From Bacteroides phage crAss001, in the sequence record MH675552.1: 40,000 nucleotides of DNA. The stretch is one strand, 5' to 3'. The notes beneath the pieces are model-generated. The model saw only the letters and a list, made by a program, of their open reading frames with translations. It did no database searches and was not told the origin of the DNA. Within the stretch, counting starts at the first letter, position 1. Each line of letters starts with the position of its first letter. Positions 35,084 through 40,000 of this stretch are shown here, one piece after another. The position numbers were made by a program, and so were the translations under genes.

Positions 35084-35114
35084 TTGTAAGTGTAGATAAT
35101 TTATTCTATATTTG
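35084..35114 (+). promoter_or_regulatory. Promoter CTTG-N20-TATATTTG embedded in an inverted repeat
   Basis: TTG 35084-35086, 20-nt spacer, TATATTTG 35107-35114; flanked by TAAAACCCTTG/CAAGGGTTTTA. Confidence 0.8.
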
Positions 35115-35149
35115 CAAGGGTTTTAAAGTATAACTAAATAATTAATAAT

Positions 35150-35827
35150 ATGACATACAATGAGTTAATCTATATGGTATTGGATGAACTTAAGTTGAGT
35201 TCTGATGATTCATACTACACTCCAGACCATGTTATATTTCTGCTTGTAAAGTATAGGTCATTCTTACTGAAACAGAGATATTCAGACATAAAGAAACAGA
35301 TACCAGATAGTGACTATCAGAGTATATGTTTAGACCTTATTGAGGTTCCAGCTATTAGTGGAGAACCTTGTGAAGGTAGCTCCTATTTAAGAAGTAAGAA
35401 TAAGGTTCCTACTACTATGATGATAGGTAATCCAAGAGTATATCCTATGGACTTCTATCAAGGTGAGATTACTTATATAAGTAGAGATAGAATGAGGTAT
35501 GTAGGTTATAATAAGTTTCTTAGAAATATAATCTACTGTTCAAAAGCTCCTGATGGCTATCTATATTTCAAGTCATGGAATCCTCAATTCCTGCATCTTG
35601 AAAAGGTAAGTTTCAATGCAATCTTTGAGGATGCTAAGGAAGCATCAGAAATGGCTTGTCCAGAAGAGAATGGTACAATATGTAAGTTAGAGGATAAGGA
35701 GTTCCCAATAGAAGATGCTTTAGTTCCTCCACTTATAGAGTTAGTAGTAAAAGAATTAAGGGGTCCTGAGTATAGTCCTAAGGATGAGGATAATAATGCA
35801 AAAGATGACTTACCAGATGCAAGATAA
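35150..35827 (+). CDS. Neck/tail-associated structural protein
   Basis: 225-aa ORF in the neck module. Confidence 0.75.
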   Translation: MTYNELIYMVLDELKLSSDDSYYTPDHVIFLLVKYRSFLLKQRYSDIKKQIPDSDYQSICLDLIEVPAISGEPCEGSSYLRSKNKVPTTMMIGNPRVYPMDFYQGEITYISRDRMRYVGYNKFLRNIIYCSKAPDGYLYFKSWNPQFLHLEKVSFNAIFEDAKEASEMACPEENGTICKLEDKEFPIEDALVPPLIELVVKELRGPEYSPKDEDNNAKDDLPDAR

Positions 35828-36518
35828 AGGGAAGTGGTTTGTATATTGTCATTATAAACCTACAGGAGAAATATTTTATGTTGGTATAGGGAGAAAAAGG
35901 TTTGGTAATACTCATTATCAAATTTATAAAAGGGCTTATGAAATTAATAGTAGAAACTTTTTATGGAAGAGAGTTTATAGTAAATATAAGGATAGAGTTG
36001 TAAAGATAGAATTTAATAATTTAGAGGAGACCCAAGCTAAAGAAAAAGAAAGGTTACTGATACAGTTACATGGAAGAATAATAAATAATGATGGATGTTT
36101 ATGTAATATATCAGAAGGAGGAGAGGGTAGAAGTGGAGACCACAGTAATGGTAAGAAAGTCTTTGTTTACTCTTTAAAAGGGAAATTTATAAAAGAGTTT
36201 TCATCAGCTAAAGAAGCTGCATACTCTTTAAATTTAACTGAGAAGAATGTAAATGCAGCAGCATCTATGAAAAGAAAAACCTGTGGAAACTACCAATTCA
36301 GATATGAGGATTATAAAGATATTGAGATTTCCAACTTTAGTAAATCCCCAAGAATTACTCCAAAGCCAGTATTAGCTACTAAAAATGGAACAACTTTAGA
36401 ATTTGAATCCTCTTATAAATTTATGAAATTCATTGGACTAAATAAAAATTCTCATATAAATGAATGTTTAAATGGAAAAAGAAAAAGAGTCATGGGGTGG
36501 GAGCTTAAGTTTAAGTGA
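35784..36518 (+). CDS. GIY-YIG-type endonuclease with repeated NUMOD-like C-terminus
   Basis: KWFVYCHYKPTGEIFYVGIGRKRFG...; FVYSLKGKFIKEFSSAKEAAYSLNLTEKNVNAAASMKR. Overlaps genes on both sides. Confidence 0.85.
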   Translation: MRIIMQKMTYQMQDKGKWFVYCHYKPTGEIFYVGIGRKRFGNTHYQIYKRAYEINSRNFLWKRVYSKYKDRVVKIEFNNLEETQAKEKERLLIQLHGRIINNDGCLCNISEGGEGRSGDHSNGKKVFVYSLKGKFIKEFSSAKEAAYSLNLTEKNVNAAASMKRKTCGNYQFRYEDYKDIEISNFSKSPRITPKPVLATKNGTTLEFESSYKFMKFIGLNKNSHINECLNGKRKRVMGWELKFK

Positions 36519-37059
36519 ATTTAAGAAGAAAGTAAAAAAAGTTAATGGTCCCAGACAATATAAGGTTAGGAACTCTCTTGGTGTGTATCATGGATATAAG
36601 TATTACAGAAAGAATAAGCCTGATAGTAAGGAATATGTTCTTACTGAGTCACAATACTTTGCTATCATAAGAAAGATAAACTTACTTCTGGTTGATGAAT
36701 TATTGATGGGTAATGATGTCAGACTTCCTAAATCAATGGGTACTATTGAGATAAGAAAGTATGATAGGAGAGTAAGGTTAGGAAAGGATGGAAAGATTCA
36801 TACTAACCTTCCTATAGACTGGGATAAGACACTTAAACTCTGGTATGAAGATGAAGAGGCTTTCAAAGATAAGACATTAGTTAGAGTAGAGGAGAATGAA
36901 ATCTTTAAGGTATATTATAATAGAGAGTCAGCTACCTACAATAATAATTCTTATTATGAATTCTTATTCAACAAAGATTTAAAGATAAGACTTAAACAAA
37001 GAATAAAGGAGGGTCTAATAGATGCTCCTTACTTAGAAAGGAAATTAAGATATGGTTAA
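36472..37059 (+). CDS. Structural-module hypothetical protein
   Basis: LSEFKKKVKKVNGPRQYKVRNSLGVYHGYKYYRKN...; start overlaps the GIY-YIG ORF. Confidence 0.75.
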   Translation: MEKEKESWGGSLSLSEFKKKVKKVNGPRQYKVRNSLGVYHGYKYYRKNKPDSKEYVLTESQYFAIIRKINLLLVDELLMGNDVRLPKSMGTIEIRKYDRRVRLGKDGKIHTNLPIDWDKTLKLWYEDEEAFKDKTLVRVEENEIFKVYYNRESATYNNNSYYEFLFNKDLKIRLKQRIKEGLIDAPYLERKLRYG

Positions 37060-37762
37060 TAATATTAATTGGGTAAAATTACCTGTAATCTTAGATAGGC
37101 TGTTAAGGCATCCCCTTCTTACAGATTTGAATCTGGAGACAGCTATTCAATATACACTGGACTTTATTAGTGCAATGGGACTTCCTAATGTCTATGTTGA
37201 TAAGATAGAAACTATAGATATTAAGGAGTACAGAGGTGAACTTCCCTGTGATTTAATCTCTATTAATCAGGTCAGATTACATAAGAATGGAATAGCACTT
37301 AGGGCAATGACTGATAATTTCAATGCCTATCCTACTCATGACCATAAGGAAGGAGATTGGTATGAGAGAGGAGAGCCTTCTTTCAAGACACAAGGTAGAG
37401 TGATATTTACTTCAATCAAACATGAAAAGGTGGATATTAGTTATAAGGCTATTATGTTGGATGATGAAGGTCTTCCTTTAATTCCAGATAACCCTATCTT
37501 CCTTAAAACACTGGAACTATACATCAAGAAAGAATGGTTTACTATCCTTTTTGATATGGGTAAGATAAGTCCTGCTGTACTAAATAATACTCAACAAGAG
37601 TATGCTTTCAAGGCAGGTCAATGTAATAATGAATTTGTGATTCCTTCTGTATCAGAAATGGAAGCTATCACTAATATGTGGAATCAACTTATTCCAAGAG
37701 TAACTGAGTTCAGAAGAGGATTCAAGAACTTAGGAGACAAGGAATATATAAGAGTACATTAA
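37052..37762 (+). CDS. Neck/tail (ring-type) structural protein
   Basis: 236-aa ORF immediately upstream of the long terminal ORF. Confidence 0.75.
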   Translation: MVNNINWVKLPVILDRLLRHPLLTDLNLETAIQYTLDFISAMGLPNVYVDKIETIDIKEYRGELPCDLISINQVRLHKNGIALRAMTDNFNAYPTHDHKEGDWYERGEPSFKTQGRVIFTSIKHEKVDISYKAIMLDDEGLPLIPDNPIFLKTLELYIKKEWFTILFDMGKISPAVLNNTQQEYAFKAGQCNNEFVIPSVSEMEAITNMWNQLIPRVTEFRRGFKNLGDKEYIRVH

Positions 37763-37763
37763 T

Positions 37764-40000
37764 ATGGCACTAAAGAAAGAACAACATTTTTTCAAAGGGA
37801 TGCAGAGAGACTTATCAGTCTCTAAGTTCAATCCAGAGTATGCCTTTGATGCTCAGAACATTAGAATAACTGCAAGGGAACATGATACTTTATTAAGTGT
37901 TTCCAATGAAAAGGGTAATAAGGAGATACCATTACAATCTCCTTCTGGAGACCCTGTAGTTATTGATGGGGTATTACTTGGACAGAATGTACTTAATAAT
38001 TATGTGACCCTCTTTACAAAAGGTACAAATGATAATATCTACAGACTTGAGAATAAGGGTACTTATTTTGAGACATTAATTCTATTCTCTGGTAATCTGA
38101 ACTTTAGTACAGACTATCCAATTGAGAGTATTAGTGTATATGAGAATAATAACATTCAGAAAGTTTATTGGGTAGATGGTTTAAATCAAGCCAGAGTTAT
38201 CAATATAACTAAGGATGATTATAATAATGCTGATGATTTTGACTTTGTAGGAACTATACACACTTCAAGTAAAATAGAAGTTTCTAAAGTTAATGGAAGT
38301 GGTGCTTTTGGTCAAGGAGTAATTCAATATGCTTTTACTTATTATAATAAGTATGGTAAAGAAACAAATATATTTAGAACTTCTCCTTTATTGTATATTG
38401 CTTATAGTGACAGAGGGGCTTCTCCAGAAGAGACTGTAAGTTGTTCATTCCAAATTAACTTTACAGAACTTGATAGTTCCTATGATTTCATAAGAGTATA
38501 TTCAATACATAGAACATCTATAGATGCTACTCCTACTGTTAGAAAAGTAGCTGATTTAGCTACTGATACTAAACTTTATGTAGATACTGGAACTACTGGG
38601 GAGATAGTAGACCCAACTTTGCTACTATATGTTGGAGGAGAGGAAATAGCTCCATATACTATGACTCAGAAGGATAATACATTATTCTTAGGTAATTATA
38701 CATTAAAAAGAAGTCTTATTTCCACTGAGTTAAAGAATCAAATTAAATCTGATTCTATTGTTACAACTATATTAGGGGGATTAGATGATGCTATAGAATC
38801 TGAATGGAATGTTAATACTCAGTATAATAGTAATTATGATTTAAATTATGATTCAAGAATAAAAGGATTCCAAAAGGGAGAAATTTATAGATTGGGTATT
38901 CAATTTCAGGATAATAAAGGTAAATGGAGTGAAGTAGTATTTATAGGAGACTATGAGTGCACTGAAAGATTCAAATATACCCAATATGATACTTATGGGA
39001 TTACACTTATTCCAAGATTTAAGGTTGTAATAAGTAATTCTACAACTATACAAGCTATTAAGAACTTAGGTTATATAAATGCAAGAGGTGTAGTAGTGTT
39101 TCCAACATTAGAAGATAGAAACATATTATGTCAAGGTATATTGTGTCCTACTGTAGCAAACTATAAAGATAGGTTAGATAACTCTCCATTTGTACAGTCC
39201 TCATGGTTTAGTAGACCCAAACAAGCTACTGAAACTTGGAAAACTGAGTATAGTGGAACCAATCACTTGTCTGAATTTGGAGAAGTTCCCTACTTTCAAC
39301 ATAATGAACCTATAGGTTCTGCTTCATTATCAGAAATTACCAGATGGGAGATACAAACTTCTTTAGGTCTTGTTCCTTATTATAATCCAAGTACTACTAA
39401 TGCCAAAGATTTTGTGGATGGTTCTCCTTCTGAGTTTTTAGTAGATGAGAATATAGTTACTATGCACTCTCCAGATGTTGAATTTGATGATAGGTTACAG
39501 AATATTACTAATGGGAAATTTAAACTAAGGATAATTGGTACAACTCATCTTACTAATACTTTATCTGATATAAGTGTTATTACTTCCACTCCTACTTATG
39601 GTAATTATGCAACTGGTTTTTATAAGGGGAAGGTGGCTAATATGAATATATCTACCTCTTATTATGGTGGTAGACAATTATCTGCTGGATTATTTTGGTC
39701 AGATAATGTTAAGTTCCAAGACCCTTCTCCACAAGATAAACTTGAAAGATTATGGATGGTATATCCTTGGCATAGAAATGGTTCTTTAATGAATATGGGT
39801 GTTCCTACTGAGGGAACAAGAGCTGCTGCATTACAAAGAAAGATTATAAGTAATCTTAAATTTGCTTCACAGAACAATTATCTACCTAATCAAAGTGTGT
39901 GGGAAGCTGAAATTTCTGGAGATGCAAATCACACGGGTATAACACCTGTTAATTCTTGGACAGAGGGGTTAGTTAGAATCCCTGCACAAGCTAATTCTAA
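37764..40000 (+). CDS. Large tail/muzzle-type structural protein, partial, runs off the right edge
   Basis: Uninterrupted frame from ATG 37764 (MALKKEQHFFKGMQRDLSVSKFNPEYAFDAQNIRITAREHDTLLSVSNEKGNKEI...) to the window end; absent from the ORF track because no stop is reached. Confidence 0.88.
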   Translation, partial: MALKKEQHFFKGMQRDLSVSKFNPEYAFDAQNIRITAREHDTLLSVSNEKGNKEIPLQSPSGDPVVIDGVLLGQNVLNNYVTLFTKGTNDNIYRLENKGTYFETLILFSGNLNFSTDYPIESISVYENNNIQKVYWVDGLNQARVINITKDDYNNADDFDFVGTIHTSSKIEVSKVNGSGAFGQGVIQYAFTYYNKYGKETNIFRTSPLLYIAYSDRGASPEETVSCSFQINFTELDSSYDFIRVYSIHRTSIDATPTVRKVADLATDTKLYVDTGTTGEIVDPTLLLYVGGEEIAPYTMTQKDNTLFLGNYTLKRSLISTELKNQIKSDSIVTTILGGLDDAIESEWNVNTQYNSNYDLNYDSRIKGFQKGEIYRLGIQFQDNKGKWSEVVFIGDYECTERFKYTQYDTYGITLIPRFKVVISNSTTIQAIKNLGYINARGVVVFPTLEDRNILCQGILCPTVANYKDRLDNSPFVQSSWFSRPKQATETWKTEYSGTNHLSEFGEVPYFQHNEPIGSASLSEITRWEIQTSLGLVPYYNPSTTNAKDFVDGSPSEFLVDENIVTMHSPDVEFDDRLQNITNGKFKLRIIGTTHLTNTLSDISVITSTPTYGNYATGFYKGKVANMNISTSYYGGRQLSAGLFWSDNVKFQDPSPQDKLERLWMVYPWHRNGSLMNMGVPTEGTRAAALQRKIISNLKFASQNNYLPNQSVWEAEISGDANHTGITPVNSWTEGLVRIPAQANS

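Noticed and set aside
1-40000. CRISPR arrays, integrase/att sites, transposons
   Set aside because: No regularly spaced repeats, no integrase or transposase ORFs and no terminal inverted repeats noticed by eye; mobile content is limited to HNH and GIY-YIG endonucleases.

Overview
This window is best read as part of a crAss-like phage genome with an AT-rich, Bacteroidales-type host; that assignment is inference from gene content and order. A partial minus-strand gene lies at the left edge and everything else is transcribed rightward. The left part (about 1.6-5.8 kb) is a dense array of 25 tRNA-like genes covering 19 amino acids. I found no Cys tRNA and no suppressor anticodon. Small ORFs are interleaved with the array: a CPC/CPC/CHC protein resembling the ferredoxin-thioredoxin reductase catalytic chain, a Dps-like protein and an HNH endonuclease. 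To the right lies the late module: GroES-like protein, large terminase, portal, five tail/head fibre genes including two beta-helix spikes, an SGNH-hydrolase fibre and a Cys/His peptidase-like fibre, a lysis region with a DUF5675-like protein, scaffold, major capsid protein, virion and neck genes, and a long open ORF running off the right edge that the supplied ORF track omits. Three GIY-YIG endonuclease ORFs are wedged between core genes. The best 'hunt' results are: (1) nine promoters with identical geometry, NTTG-N20-TANNTTTG, in intergenic gaps; (2) a promoter-headed, protein-poor, structured stretch at about 665-990, just upstream of the tRNA array, with weak ordered resemblance to bacterial RNase P RNA; (3) several structurally aberrant tRNAs; (4) a metallopeptidase-like gene split by a -1 frame break. 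All family assignments are from motif recognition by eye and no database searches were run.
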